Part shown: positions 26,171 to 38,980 of the stretch, one piece after another | Layout of the letters: each line of letters starts with the position of its first letter | Position numbering within the stretch: position 1 is the first letter of the stretch | Assembly (NCBI GenBank): GCA_013265495.1 | Contig: MU058584.1 | Coordinates: 3,912,508 to 3,976,507 of the forward strand | DNA length: 64,000 nt | Direction of reading: 5' to 3' | Origin: Vicugna vicugna | Taxonomy: Eukaryota | Notes under the pieces: model-generated | Seen by the model: the letters and a program-made list of their open reading frames with translations, nothing else | Database searches by the model: none | Told to the model about the DNA's origin: nothing | Position numbers and translations under genes: made by a program

Positions 26171-27479
26171 TAAGGGAAGGCATTCTTGAGCATTTTCTTG
26201 AGCAGATGTATTTTTAAAAACACAAATGGATATCATTAATCCCTGAATTCTAAGCCAGTGATAAGCTGTCTTTTTATAGAAGAACCAATATAAAAACATA
26301 AAAAGTTTACCGTCTTTATTTTTCCCACTTTCTTTTTTTTTTTTTTTCTATATGAAAATGTCTTTGTTCTCTCTCTTCCTAAAAATGGTATAAACTCAGA
26401 GAAAAGCTAGGGCTGCTTTGTAGTCAATAAACATGAATATCTAGATCCATTAAAGAAGCAGCTAAGTGGAGACATTTTTCAGTCTTTTTATGAAATTAAA
26501 TAAAATTGCAAGGCATACAGCCTTCAGCCACAAAGTGCTCATAACTTTTCTGTCTGTATAGTTTTTTCTTTTAATTGTGTCTCTTCCAAATTATTGTTAT
26601 GGGCAAACATGATTGTATACCTGAAAATCATAGGCGAATCACTTTTTAAATGATCATAACTGAATTCAACATGGAGATTAGTTTAAAAATAAATTTAAAC
26701 GAGTGTATGTTTACACATATACATATATATGCACATACACACCTATATAAACACATTGATATGTATGTATGTGTTGTGTATATATGTACGTAAGAAGCCT
26801 TCTAAAATAATTTTTACATATGGGGAAATAACTACCTCCAATTAAACTCTTTTACTTAGAGGGACTTATGGGAAGCAGGAGTGGTAAAAGAAAAGCAGAA
26901 AATTTAAATCCTCACTACTCTTTGTTGGTTCAATGTGAAACTCAGAATGGTTGGTTTTTGTTTTATCAGAGCACCTAAGTGTATCTTTGGATGTGTAAAG
27001 ATGGGCCAGAGATATGCAGAAGGTGCAGAGCGATGTTACTCAAAATACACAATAAAGAGAGGGATAGGGAAAGGGGTTAACCTGCAGAAAGGGGCCCATG
27101 GGTTGTTTAGATTGTTATGAAGAAGAGAGGAAGAGACCTTGGCAGTGGGATAAAAGTGAGATCCAGAAGTCAAGGAGAGTCAGTGTCAGAAGTGACCATG
27201 AGACCATAAGCTTCCAGGAGTTTGTGACATTATACTGAGGGAAGTAGAAGCATTGGAGGCATTGGAGTCAGCATAAAATGTGAGTTAGGAGCCCTAAGGT
27301 AATTCTACTTAAATCTCCAAGGCATAGATACCCATGTATATTTGTTCAAGCACCAACCAAGTCTGGAGAATATGGACCAAATTATTCCCAGATATAACTA
27401 CAACTCAATTCCAGAGATTCTAATTCATTAGGTTTGGAATGGGGGGCCTGAATGTGTTTATTTAAACATTTATTCAGGA

Positions 27480-28445
27480 AAGTCACCAACTGATGAGAGA
27501 AATAAAGGACTTAAATATAAATAGACATGTAACATGGTTCATGAACTAGAATATTGAGTTTTATGAGGATGCCAAATCTCCTAAAAGTAATCTAGAGATT
27601 TAATGTAACCTCAATCAAAACCCCAACACATCTTTTTTCAGGAAATCAACAATCTGATGCCAAAATTTATGTGAAAATGCAAAGGAATAAGAACAGCCAA
27701 GGCAATCTTAATGAAAAAGAAGAAAGTCAGAGCGCCTTTATAGTACCATGACTTGCTATAAAGCTAAATAAATTGCTATAATAATGGCACAGAGAGAGAC
27801 AAAGAGATGACTGGAACACAGTAAAGAGTCCAGGAACAAAGCCATGCAACTGATTTATGACGCGTGACTTATGATGAAGGTATCACTGCAAGACAACGGA
27901 GAAGGGCTGGTCTTTTCTGTAAATAGTGCTGGGTCGGTTGGTGTGCTCCCATAAGGAGGGAAAAAAAATGAATGTTGACCTCTACCTCACACCGCACACA
28001 GGAAAGTCAATTCTGGATTGCTGTTTGACGTAAATACAAATGACAAAACAATAAAGGTTCTGGAAGATAACATTGGAAAACACATTTGTGACCTGACAGA
28101 ATCCCTCCCTGCAAAAAAACCAACATGAACCATTTAGCCTAGCGTGGCTTATCTGGGACTGTCGCTGTCTTAGCGTTGGTATCACATGTCCTGGCAAGCC
28201 CCTTAGTTTCAGGGATAGTTGATCACCCATAAGGGAGAAGACTGACAAAGTGGACGACATCAAAATTAAAAACGGCTGTTCATCAAAAGACATCACTGAG
28301 AGAGTGAAAAGGCAAACACCTAGATGGGGGGAGATAATTACAGCACATCTAACCAACAAAAGTTTCATATATAATGCCCTCCTGTGGATCAGTAAGACAA
28401 TACAATAGTAAAATGAGCAAAAATCTTGAAAAGGCATTTCACAAT
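27480..28445 (+). mobile_element. LINE-1 ORF2 fragment (degenerate) with a small hAT-Blackjack-like (MER81/94) insertion near 28125-28230
   Basis: ORF2 motifs CCAAAATTTATGTGAAAATGCAAAGGA, GACTTGCTATAAAGCTA and CATCAAAATTAAAAAC...AGAGTGAAAAGGCAA. The insert ends GGGATAGTTGATCACCC. Confidence 0.7.
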
Positions 28446-31400
28446 CTAGCCAGCAAAGTTATTAAAAGTGATTCAAATTTGTACATCATGGGTTCCATGG
28501 TTACTACACGCTCTCCAGGAGATCAAATGTGGGTCCATCAGACTATAAGGAGGATCCGGATAGAATCAGGATAAAGAATCTCATCTTAGTCATATCATGA
28601 GAAATTCCCAAAGAGTTAACAATAGAATCATTTTATACTATTAGTCAACATTATTTTTAATTGGAATAAATAACTATGCAGACGTTGTTTAGAAAACTAC
28701 ATTGAGTTTATGCCATGATGAGCGTTTTCTTATTCTCAATTAATCCATCTGACTGTCTTCACCAAGTTCTGATACAAAAGAACTCAACGTAGGGGTTTCT
28801 GGAGAAAGATCCTTGCAAAGGACAGATTCTCCAAATACAGAGAGTCAGGATTCCCATGCACAGTGAGCACGTGGAGTGTGCAACTCCCCTCGCCGAATGA
28901 TGTCCAGGCTCTCCATTCCTGTCCTGCATGCGTGGAGTCCTGTAGCAGGGAGATAAACCAGGGACTGCCAGAGACAGTGGGAGAGGCTGGAGTCCCTGGG
29001 CAGGCTTAGAATGCAACCCTATTTTTCAATAGTGATTGAAAATATTTCTGTGAAATGATGAATAGTGAAATAGCGAAGACTGAATGGAGAATCCAATTGG
29101 TGAACGAGATAATAAGGAGGAAGGAGACATGGCCAGATTTTCTCAAACCACAGCCCTCAGCCTGAGGAGGCTACTGTGTGGCATGAACATGGCCCTCCTC
29201 AGAGAAGGGGGAAGGGAGAGAAGGAAGTTGAATTTCTGAGTAAGATTTGGTTTCAGGGAAAGTTTCTATGATTGAAAAAAAATACTGTTTCATATAATGC
29301 CTTTTTGGGGAGAATTTAAAAATTTCACACACACATTATGGGGCATGATAGTCTTGCTGAATCCCAAGCCCAGCTTCCAGAGTGTGTCTGTTGAACCCAC
29401 CAGCTGGCAGCCCCAGGAACCGGTGTTCATTGCTATGCATGTTGGGGAGAAGCATTTGAAGAGGTTTGGAGTAGATACTAGACAGGAGAGAGGGAAAAGT
29501 GTTAAGAATGGTGCCTATTTTCCAGCCAGACCTCAAGGAACAGACAAGATGATTCAAAGGTAAAGGAGAAATTTTCTTAAGCCACTTAGTGGGACTTGGG
29601 TCACCAACAGTGATGCTCTGGGCTGGCTGACAGATTTCAACACAGTGGTGGAATGAGATGCCCTCGCTCTGTCAGCTGAACACCCAGCATGGCAAGATCG
29701 CAGGGGGTCCAGGAGCTCTTTGGTGCCCCAGGGGCTTGGAGCTGTGACAGCCCTGGCAGGCTGCCTAGGAGGCTGACTAGTGAGAATGGCAGAGTGGCTC
29801 TGTACACAGAGGAACATGAAAGGACCACTTCGAATGGCACATGCTGATATTTTGCAGTGATGGGGATTGGTGTTGTGAAGGGCAACTTTGGGATTATTGC
29901 TGTCAATTTGACCTCCTTTGTACTCATAGGCCAGTAGGGTCTTGAGACATCTGGGGTACATAATATCAACGTGGTTCGTGTGGCTTATATTTTTTAAGCA
30001 GATGAGAGAGGATTCAATTCTAAGATGCTCACTTATTTCACGTTGTTGGGAAATGTGATATTCCAAGTAAGTCAATTTTCCAAATGACTGAAATAGCCCT
30101 TTAAGATTTATAACATTTTAATCTTTCTGATGGAAAGCCTGCCAAAATACACTATACACTTTGCTACTTCCTTAAACAGAAAAAAAAAATGAATTTAACC
30201 ATTCCTTGGTGTCTCCAAGCCAGGATGAGCACTGATTTCTTTTTGTACAGAGTATGTAAGGCCCTCGGGATCTGACTCATGTAGGGCTGTCCTCTCGAAG
30301 ATAAACCGTGCCTAGACTGCCATGCTTTCTGAATTCTTATACCCAGTTTTGGTAGTTTGTCTCTCTTCCACTGTTACTAGGCTGTCAAGAGACACTTCTT
30401 GCTTCTCTCGGGAAGACAGCTTCTAGGAATCTTCTTTACCCACATCATCATTTTAATTTGATATTTCATCTGCTTTGGATCTAGAAGTTACATGACTCTT
30501 GTGAAAATTCTGCTTAAAAAACCAGAAAAAAAAAAAAGTGGGGGAAGGTTCTAAGTTCTAACAGAGGGTTAGAAAGACTTCTCTAAGAATGAAGTGCAAG
30601 TCTTTAAGAAGTGATTTTGTTTACCTGGAGGCATTTTTAAGTGAACTTTGGGTCTTGGCTATGTTCCCCCCAAACTGAAGCTGCTAGATGAAGGACTTCC
30701 AGAGAAGTGGTTTTTAGTGTCTGCGTACTTGAGATCCTAGGGAGAGGAGAAGAGATGATTGTAGCCCTCCATCTCACCCCGATCAACATTATCCTATTCA
30801 TTTTATGGAAATTGTAGTTAATATTCTGAATTAATTAGATTGTGTAATCAGTTTCAAAAGCATAATGCAGTGGTGTATAAAATTTAATAATGCGTAAAAC
30901 TTGTTATGGAAATTTTAAATTTTAGGGCCTAGATGAAACTCAAACATGAATTTTGTATGAAGAAATGAAACAGAATAGTTTTGTTCGAGCAATTTGCTTT
31001 ATTACAAGGGAGATCATCTGCAGCATCATTTAAATACTATCCCATTCATCACATGCAGTGCTTCCCAGCAAACTAATTTCAGACAGACTCCAGGCTCGAT
31101 AAATATCAAGAGGGTATATCATTGTCCCACCTCTGCTTGTTTTCCTTTTGAAGATCAGCAGGCTTAGTACAAACAGATTTCCTAAAACAAGCATTAATAT
31201 ATATACAGAGAAGACTGGAAATCATAAATGATGGGAGCAACTTCCCTTGATTATGACAGGAAGCCTGCATATGTAATCTTTGTAGCGAATAAACATCTCC
31301 AATTTCTAGTATTATATCATCCAATTCCAGGAAAACATTATCATAATATGAAATAGATGAGAAAGTAAATAGCAATCAGAACTATCTGGCAAAGAGAAAC

Positions 31401-32004
31401 ACTAGGTTTTGTCTCTCCCGAGTTGGGGCAGCCCGGCTAAGTGAGAAAAGCAGACGAAACGTGGTCCTGGGTTCAACTCTTAGTGCCTGTGTGACTTTGG
31501 GCAAGTTACTAAATTTCTCTGAATTTCAGTTCCTCTTCCATGGTTGAAAATTGATCCCGGTCTAGGTTTGAGGTACAGACCCAATTTTAAAAACTGGATA
31601 AATTGCTTTAATATATGTTAACTATAATTTTTAAATAAATTAATTTAAATTCAGTTTTATTTAACATTAATTCAACATTTTAAAAGTACGTGTGATATAT
31701 AAATACATGTTTTATTTTTGAAATATATATATTTATATGCATACATATGTACATATTTGTTTTGATCTCTCTCTCTCTCTCTCTCTCATTGCTGTTTAAT
31801 AGTTTTGTAGTTACCTCCACACCACCTTCCAAGCTTCTAGTCTGTAACTAGATCTTCTGATGGTGCTCAGGGGCTCCTGCAATACTAGAGCAATCCAGGG
31901 ACTAATTCTACTCACTTCCTGCTTGCAAAGCTTTTGTTTCTCGGTCTTGGTCTTCCTACTTAGCTAACCCCTCAACTTCCTATAAAGGCATAGCCCAGGC
32001 AGCA

Positions 32005-32480
32005 GTCAAGCAACAATTTCACTCAGCCTCCATCCACAAAGGTGGCTGGGAGTGCGAAACCTCACAGGTAGAAGGTTGCTCACTGTGACATTGGGAGTAA
32101 CAGGAAACGTTTGTAAATAGCCTGTGTTCGGCAAGAGAGGAGGGGGTGAGTAATGCACGGTTTGTGCACACCATGAAGTGAACATAGCCACAAAACAGAT
32201 GAGTAAAATCTCCAAGTTCTGATGTGACACGATTTTCTGAATATACAGTTAAGTGAAAAAAGCAAGGTACAGAACAGTATATATGGTATCTATCTTTCGT
32301 GTAAGAAAGGCAGAGAAATAAGACTTTATGGAGTTGCAAGAAGAGATGTTGGAAAGACAAGGCAACAGATGAATTAAAAAATGGTTTCCCAAAGAGGGGG
32401 AGGAAGTGGGGAATGGAGTAAACAGAAGAATTGCTTATATCATAAAATGCTACAGTTTTGATTTTTGATTTATGTAAGCT
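32005..32480 (+). mobile_element. Old LINE-1 3' end (L1MC/ME-like)
   Basis: TTAAGTGAAAAAAGCAAGGTACAGAACAGTATATATGGTAT motif. Confidence 0.6.
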
Positions 32481-32539
32481 ATATCTATGTAGGATGACTT
32501 ATGTAAGATTCATGTAAGATGAAATTATAGCAAAAACAC

Positions 32540-32556
32540 CCCAGTTACAAAAAGGG

Positions 32557-32588
<32 letters not shown>
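32540..32588. repeat. (TG)n microsatellite
   Basis: About 24 TG units, seen directly. Confidence 0.95.
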
Positions 32589-32591
<3 letters not shown>

Positions 32592-33034
32592 GCAAAAAGG
32601 GCAAAGATACTTCAAGTCATAAGCCTGGTTCTGGTTCTTCCTCTTCATGATACTAAAATCCTAGGCACCACTGCCTTCCTCTGGACCCCCAGCCCAACAG
32701 GCTCACAGCCACAGACCCACTCATGGTTTGTATCTGTTCTCTTCCTGATTCATGGAAATGATAACTTCTTTGGGCCCATTTCTTTTTGGTTTTCTCTCCT
32801 TATTGTTTATCTATCCTGCTGTACATTTACAGCAGAGGAAATGTTGGGACGTGTGAATCTTCTGTGCCCAGGGAAGTCCCTTTCCTTTTATTTCAACTCT
32901 TATGACTGAAAATCCCTTAAAAATATTTATTTTCCTGCCTTAGAAAGCCTAGCATGCTCAGAATAATTAAATATTTCTTGGATGATAAAACATATTAGAA
33001 TGAAGTTTCCAAACCTTAATTTTCAATACAAGGT

Positions 33035-33322
33035 ACCGTATTTCGTAGATTTAACATGCCATTGATTGTAAGATGTATCATTAATTTATATACCATTAAA
33101 AAACAATGCCAATTAAACTATGATACAATGCTTTCTTATTATGTCTCTTGTACAATGCATCATTTTTTAAATAGAGGTACTGAGGATTGAACCTAGAACT
33201 TTGTGCATGCTGAGCATGCATTCTACCACTGAGCTATTACCTTTCCCCCTATAAGATGCAGCTTGATTTCAAAGAGATTAAAATGTGAAAAAATGTGCAG
33301 CTTAGAGTAGGTAAAATATAGA
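33035..33322 (-). mobile_element. MER104/Kanga-like Tc2 MITE split by a SINE
   Basis: Starts TACCGTATTTC; the far end is GATTTCAAAGAGATTAAAATGTGAAAAAATGTGCAGCTTAGA. Confidence 0.55.
33160..33250 (-). mobile_element. Vic-1-like SINE inserted in a MER104-like MITE
   Basis: GAGGTACTGAGGATTGAACCTAGAAC...CTACCACTGAGCTAT. Confidence 0.8.
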
Positions 33323-33669
33323 GGTATAGATGCACTTGGAAGATAGAAAAGATGAATTAAATGTGTACTCACCCTAAGGTGCTCCAAAAACCAAAAGCAA
33401 ATGTTTTGCCCAGAGTGATGCCAGCTGCATGGTAGGTACTCAACGAATGCTTGTAAGAGAATAAAGGCTTCTTACATGCATTAGATGGCCACTAAAATAT
33501 AGAAGAAAGTATGCAAAAAAGTCATTTTTTAAAAAATTTCTAGGTGTAGACTATATCTACGCCTGTGCCATAGCATTAAGTAGAAAAAGATAACAAAAAA
33601 TAACGAGGATGATAGAGCCCAGCCCTTGAATATTTATGCTCTAGTGAAAGAGACAAATATAACAAACTT

Positions 33670-34120
33670 AGTCTGACTTTGAGGGTGAGTTCAGGACTGA
33701 AGGTGTAGATTTGAGGGCTGGCTTCAGAGAGAGAACAGTTGAAATTTTAGGGAAAGGTAAAGACATCAGACAGGCTTGCAACAATGAGGAGAGGGACCAA
33801 GGCAGCTCCTGGGAGAATGTCTATATTAGATGGGAAGGAGAAGGGGATCCAGTGAGGAAAACCAAGACGTGTTTAGAGAGGGAAGAGAAGAAATTGGAGA
33901 GCAATTTGTCATCAAAGCCAGAGTTAGAGAGAGATGGTTTCAAGATGGAAGGAACCATCACTGTTGTCTAATTGCTGAGAGATGGGGCAAGAGGAGGACT
34001 GAAAGTGTTATCAGATTTGGCAGTCAGGAGGTCATCAGTGACTTCCAATAAAGCAATTACAGGAAAATGATTGGAGCAGATGTCAGACTATAATGGGTTC
34101 ATGAGTAAATGCAGGAAGAG
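33670..34120 (-). mobile_element. LINE-2 internal fragment
   Basis: GAGGACTGAAAGTG...GATTTGGCAGTCAGGAGGTCATCAGTGACTT, typical antisense L2. Confidence 0.6.
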
Positions 34121-35784
34121 TTTATTTAGAAAAAGCTTATGAAGGAGCATAGGAAGAGGCAGGGAAAAACAGGAAGGGCAGAAATGGAATCAATGAATGC
34201 AGGGGAAAAAAAATAGACAGCAAAACATGGAAACAAAGCAAAGGGCTAAATGACCAGATGCAGAAGAAGGCAGGTTGGGGAGGCAGATGGCAACCAAGGC
34301 ATGGACCAAATTTGCTGTCCCAGAGAAGATACAGGGCCAGGCAGTCTTTGGTCAACTCCTAGCTCTTACTATATGAACTTGGGCAAGTTACTTCACCTCT
34401 GCCCTTCAGACATTGAGAAATCATCCTCTGAAAGGAGACAGGCCCTCCAAAAACACTCCGACAGTAAATATGATACACTTATCAGAGTTTTTTCCTCCTT
34501 ATAATTTTAATGTAGGCTGATGACATAAGTCCAAGGCATAATTTGAGGAAAGAATCTTACAAGGGGACAAAATGACGTATTTCAAGTTCACGGCTTTCTG
34601 ACAGTTTGGCTTTTAAGAGTAGCTGGAGTTGGAATTACAAGTGGATTTCATCCTGCATGCCAGCGCTGATAAGATGCCAGTGACTGCCTGAAGCCCTAGT
34701 TGGAAAGAATCATGTTTGAGCAAGAGTCCAGGCTCAGCATAAGAAAGAAAGGGTTATGGATTAAAGAAGTTGGCCAGGGGCTTGGAAGGGATGGTAGTAA
34801 GAGTAGTGTCATGAATTTGCTGACCCTGAACAGAAGGGGACAATGGACTATATATATAAGGCAGTTCTCCATCAATGGTATGGAGCTTTTTGATAAGTAT
34901 TGACTTTTAAAGATTTCAGTGTGCATTCCCTGAGAAGTACAAATACTCTAGATTGTACATTAAGGATAGAAACATAAATTTCAGCAGTCAGCTTCAGTAA
35001 ATAGATTTGACATCCTTTTATGAATGTTAAGATATATGATCTGGATATATTCACTCATTTAATAGGGACCCTTTCTACCTGCTCATGGAGGAAGACCATA
35101 GAAATATCTGAGGCAGGATCAAAATCTTCCTTGGAAGAACTTCTGGGTACGTTGTAAGACACGGAGGAAAAGGAGGTCAAGGTCCCAATGCTTCATATGT
35201 GATGGTCATGATCATTTTATCTTGAAAATCTTTGTATAATCACAGTTGCCAAGTTTGCTCAACTTCAATGAACTATCCATAGCATATATACTTTTAAGCA
35301 ATGAAACATCTTGGTGGAATCTTCCAGGACAGTAACTTTCATATATATGTATGTATAATTTTTTAAAGCAGTGATAACATGTTTTCAAATGAAATATTAT
35401 CTTGAACTCCAGTAAAGGTAATGCAGAGCCATCCCTGCTGAAGGGGAGGTCGAGGGCTTGGTCTTCAACCCACTTTAAGGCCAGCCCTAAGGGCTTCATG
35501 AAACATGGCTTAAAAGCCCTGCTATAAGTTTAATTAGTTATGAAATATACCCCCAGGTCCCTAAAGAACTTAATTTGCTATATTAGAATGATAATCTTTA
35601 TGAACAAGTAAAATGTTGGCCATGTTAATAAAAAATCATTTTTAATGTATTCACCCAAGGTAATTATAATCATTAAAGCACATTTCCCAGTGGAGTTCAT
35701 CTTTTTGTTATCATTTATAATTTTATCTATAAATTTGATCTAAATTTTATTTATTAACTGATAAAACCCATTCCCTTTTCCTTC

Positions 35785-36130
35785 TGAGAATCCAGCTCAA
35801 CTACATTTCTCAGCCATCCTTGCACTTAGGGGTTAGGGTCCAAATTTTGGCCATTTGGTAGAAGTGATGTAGACTACTTTTAGACCAGGCCGTAAAATCC
35901 TCCCTCACATCATCCTCCATGCTCTTTTCCCTCCTAAGGAGACAGGGGGAGTCATATGTTGAAAATGGCACAAGGAAGGAAGGATCTTAAGACACTAAAT
36001 CACTGCTTATAGGAGAGCTGCCCACAAGAACATCAGTTTTGAAGTGTTTTGTGAGCAAGAAATAGACTTCATTGTGTTAAGCCACTGAAATTTCAGAGTT
36101 AGTTTATTACAGTAGGAGGTCGTTTTCCTA
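35785..36130 (+). mobile_element. MLT1-type LTR
   Basis: ACTACATTTCTCAGCCATCCTTGCA...GAAATAGACTTCATTGTGTTAAGCCACTGAAATTT. Confidence 0.65.
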
Positions 36131-36679
36131 ATTAATAAAGAAATATACATAAAGAAAAAAACACATTTCTCAGGGTTTCGATTCCTCAGTCTTAAACAAA
36201 ACTCTGCAGTAGCAGCAAGAGTTAACTTCAGTACAAGGAAGTCTGTGCCAGGCCCAGGCCCAGTTCCAGACTGCCCTTCAGCCTGTGGAGAACATCCGAT
36301 TGACTTGTTGTTCCTAACATGGTCTGGTCTCTTGAGAACAACAGTACTCCGTGGCCCAAGAAAGCTGCAGGAATTTTGGTCTTCACATCTGCATTCCAGG
36401 CAGCAGGACAGAAAAAAGGAAAAACAAAGGAACTGCTTTTTTTTAAGAGCTCTCCCAGAAAGCCCACCCAACAAATCCTTAAAACCCAAAAGCCAAAGTT
36501 CAGTCACATGGCCACACCTAACTGCAAAGGCTTATGTGTTGCCCTTCAGCAAGACAGACTGATACATTCACATCCACACATTAGTACTGTTAACTAAGGA
36601 ACATCCATCCAGTAACAGCAACTTCTAAGCAGACTAGGCAGATTCATCATACTGTTGCATTACTTTCATACCTGGTGTG

Positions 36680-37130
36680 GTGTGTGATTTTTTTATACGT
36701 ATGAAACCGTATGTATAGATTTGTGTTTCCACCAGCACGATCGGGATACAGAACAATTCCATTACCTCCAAAAACCTCCCATATATATTCATTCCTTATA
36801 GTTCTCCCATCTTCTCCCACCTAACCTCCTGGCAACTACTGATTTGTTTTCCATCACTGTAGTTTTGTTATTTCTAGAATGTCCTATGAATGGAATCACA
36901 CAGCACGATTCCTTTTGAGATTTCTTTCTTTTACTCAGCATAATGAGATTCATTGAAGTTGTTGCATGTGTCAATAATTCATTCATTTTTTATTGACGAA
37001 TACTATTCCACATTATGAATGTACCCCAGTTTGTTTATCCACTCACCTGCTCAAGGACCTTTGGATTGTTCCTAGCTTTTTGGCAATTATAATAGAGTCG
37101 CTGTTTGTAGTATATGCTTTTGTGTGAATT
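36680..37130 (-). mobile_element. LINE-1 3' end (L1MB/MC-like)
   Basis: GGCAACTACTGATTTG...TTTCTAGAATGTCCTATGAATGGAATCAC...GTTTGTTTATCCACTCACCTG. Confidence 0.8.
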
Positions 37131-37419
37131 TAAAGATTGCACCTGTATATTTTGTATTTTTATGTCTGTATTTTTATTATAATGAGATTACACATGAGGA
37201 TATCATTATGTGTTAATATGTTCTCTTCCCGCATGAACTATATGCACCTCCAGGAGTTTGCCTGATCCAAAACAAGCAGCATGGTGTTATGGTTAAGGGT
37301 ACAGCCTCTGACCTGTGTTTGAATCTCAGCTCTCCTGTTTAATAGTGGTGTGACCTTCAGCAAGTTAATTAATATCTCTATGCCTCAGTTTCCCCTGTCC
37401 TGGAAAATTGAAGCAGCTG

Positions 37420-38630
37420 GTGTAAGGTGCACATTGGTTCCTTGACCTGTGGAGTGAGGGCTATTACGAAGGGAAAGGCCAAGGGGAAGCCACCAGAACT
37501 GTCTCTAGGAAAATAGTGACCCAGAAAGAACGCTGCATTACTGGACAAACTGCAGAGATTAGTGCCACAATCAAGATTTGAAAGATGTCGGGGTGGTTAT
37601 TCCCACCACATCCCCATTTAACGCTCCTATTTGGCCTATACAGAAGAAAGATGGATCCTGGAGAATGACAGCGGATTATTGGAGGCTGAACTGGGTGGTG
37701 ACTCCACTTGTAGCTGCTGTACCAGATATGGTTTCGATGCTTGAGAAAATTAACATATCCCCTGGAAACTGGTATGCAGCTATTGATCTGGCAAATGTCT
37801 TTTTTTCCATCCCTGTTGATAAGACCCTCAAGAAGCCATTTCCTTTCAGCAAATACACATTTGTTGTCCTGCCTCAGAGGAAGGTCAACTCTCCAGCCCT
37901 GGGTCATAATTTTATTCCCAGGAATCTTGAGCTCCTTTCTCTTCCATAAGCTATCACTCTAGTCCATTACACTGATGACATCATGCTGATTGGTCCTAGT
38001 GAGCAAGAAGTAACAACGACTTCAGACTTACTGGTAAAACATTTGTGTGTCAGAGGGTGGGAAATAAGTCTGACACAAATTCAAGGACCTTCTACTTCCA
38101 AGAAATTTCTAGGGATCCAGTGATGTGGGGCATGTCAAGATATCCCTCCTAAGGTGAAGGATAAGTGGGTGCATTTGGCCCCTCCTACAACTAAAGAGGA
38201 GGCACAATTCCTAGGGGGCTTCTTTGGACTTTGGAGGCAGCAGATCCTTCATTTGGGTGTGTTACTCCGACCTGCTTACCACATGACTCAAAATGCTGTT
38301 AATTTTGAATAAGATCCAGAACAAGAGGAGGTTCTGCAACAGGTCCAGGCTGCTTTGCCACTTGGGCCATACATCCAGTAGATCCAAAGATGCTGGAAGT
38401 GTCAGAGGCTGATGGGACGCTGTTAGGTCCCAGCGAGTGAATCACAGCTCAGACCCTTAGGATTTTAGAGCAAAGCCCTACGATTTTCTATGGATAATTA
38501 CTCTCCTTTTGGGAAACAGCTCGTGGCCTTCTACTAGACTTTAGTAGAGACTGAATGCTTAACCATGGTGCACCGAATTACCATGGAACTAGAGAACTTC
38601 CCATCATGAACTGGGTATTATCAGATTTAG
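37420..38630 (+). mobile_element. ERV-L endogenous retrovirus pol remnant (reverse transcriptase and connection region), frameshifted and with stops
   Basis: ORF 37578-37949 reads VVIPTTSPFNAPIWPIQKKDGSWRMTADYWRLN...WYAAIDLANVFFSIP. The catalytic motif YTDD is at 37968-37979. NYSPF..QL and IMNWVLSD motifs follow downstream. Confidence 0.92.
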
Positions 38631-38765
38631 GAGAAGGTGCACCGTACTCCAAAAGAGCTATTTGCGTCTTCTAATTTACACAGACAGATATCTAGGGAAC
38701 ATGTGTGGGAATGGATATTAAGGGAATGGAATAATGGTGGAAAGAACATAAAGTTGAATCAAGCC
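38630..38765 (+). mobile_element. ERV-L gag fragment
   Basis: EHVWEWILREWNNGGKNIKLNQA matches the ERV-L gag motif recalled as EH/VWEWILRVWDNGGRNIKLDQA. Confidence 0.75.
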
Positions 38766-38980
38766 TTTGGCCTCAAACTGGAACTTACACCATTGGCTGA
38801 TTCACAGGCCTTCAAACTGTGGACCTGGGGACTTCTCAGCTTCCATAATCGTGTGAGCCAATTCTTTATAAGAAATCTGTTTCATATATATAAGGAAAGT
38901 CATATATATGTATATTTCACTATATATATAATGAAAATCACTTCTTCTATTGGCTTCATTTCTCTGGAGAACCCTAATAG
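38765..38980 (+). mobile_element. MLT2-type ERV-L LTR (3' part)
   Basis: GGGACTTCTCAGCTTCCATAATCGTGTGAGCCAATTC...CTATTGG...TTTCTCTGGAGAACCCTAATA. Confidence 0.8.

Noticed and set aside
37578..37949. Reverse-transcriptase ORF as an active or domesticated gene (or retron-like system)
   Set aside because: The ORF stops before the catalytic motif and the region has multiple stops and frameshifts. It is a decayed ERV-L.
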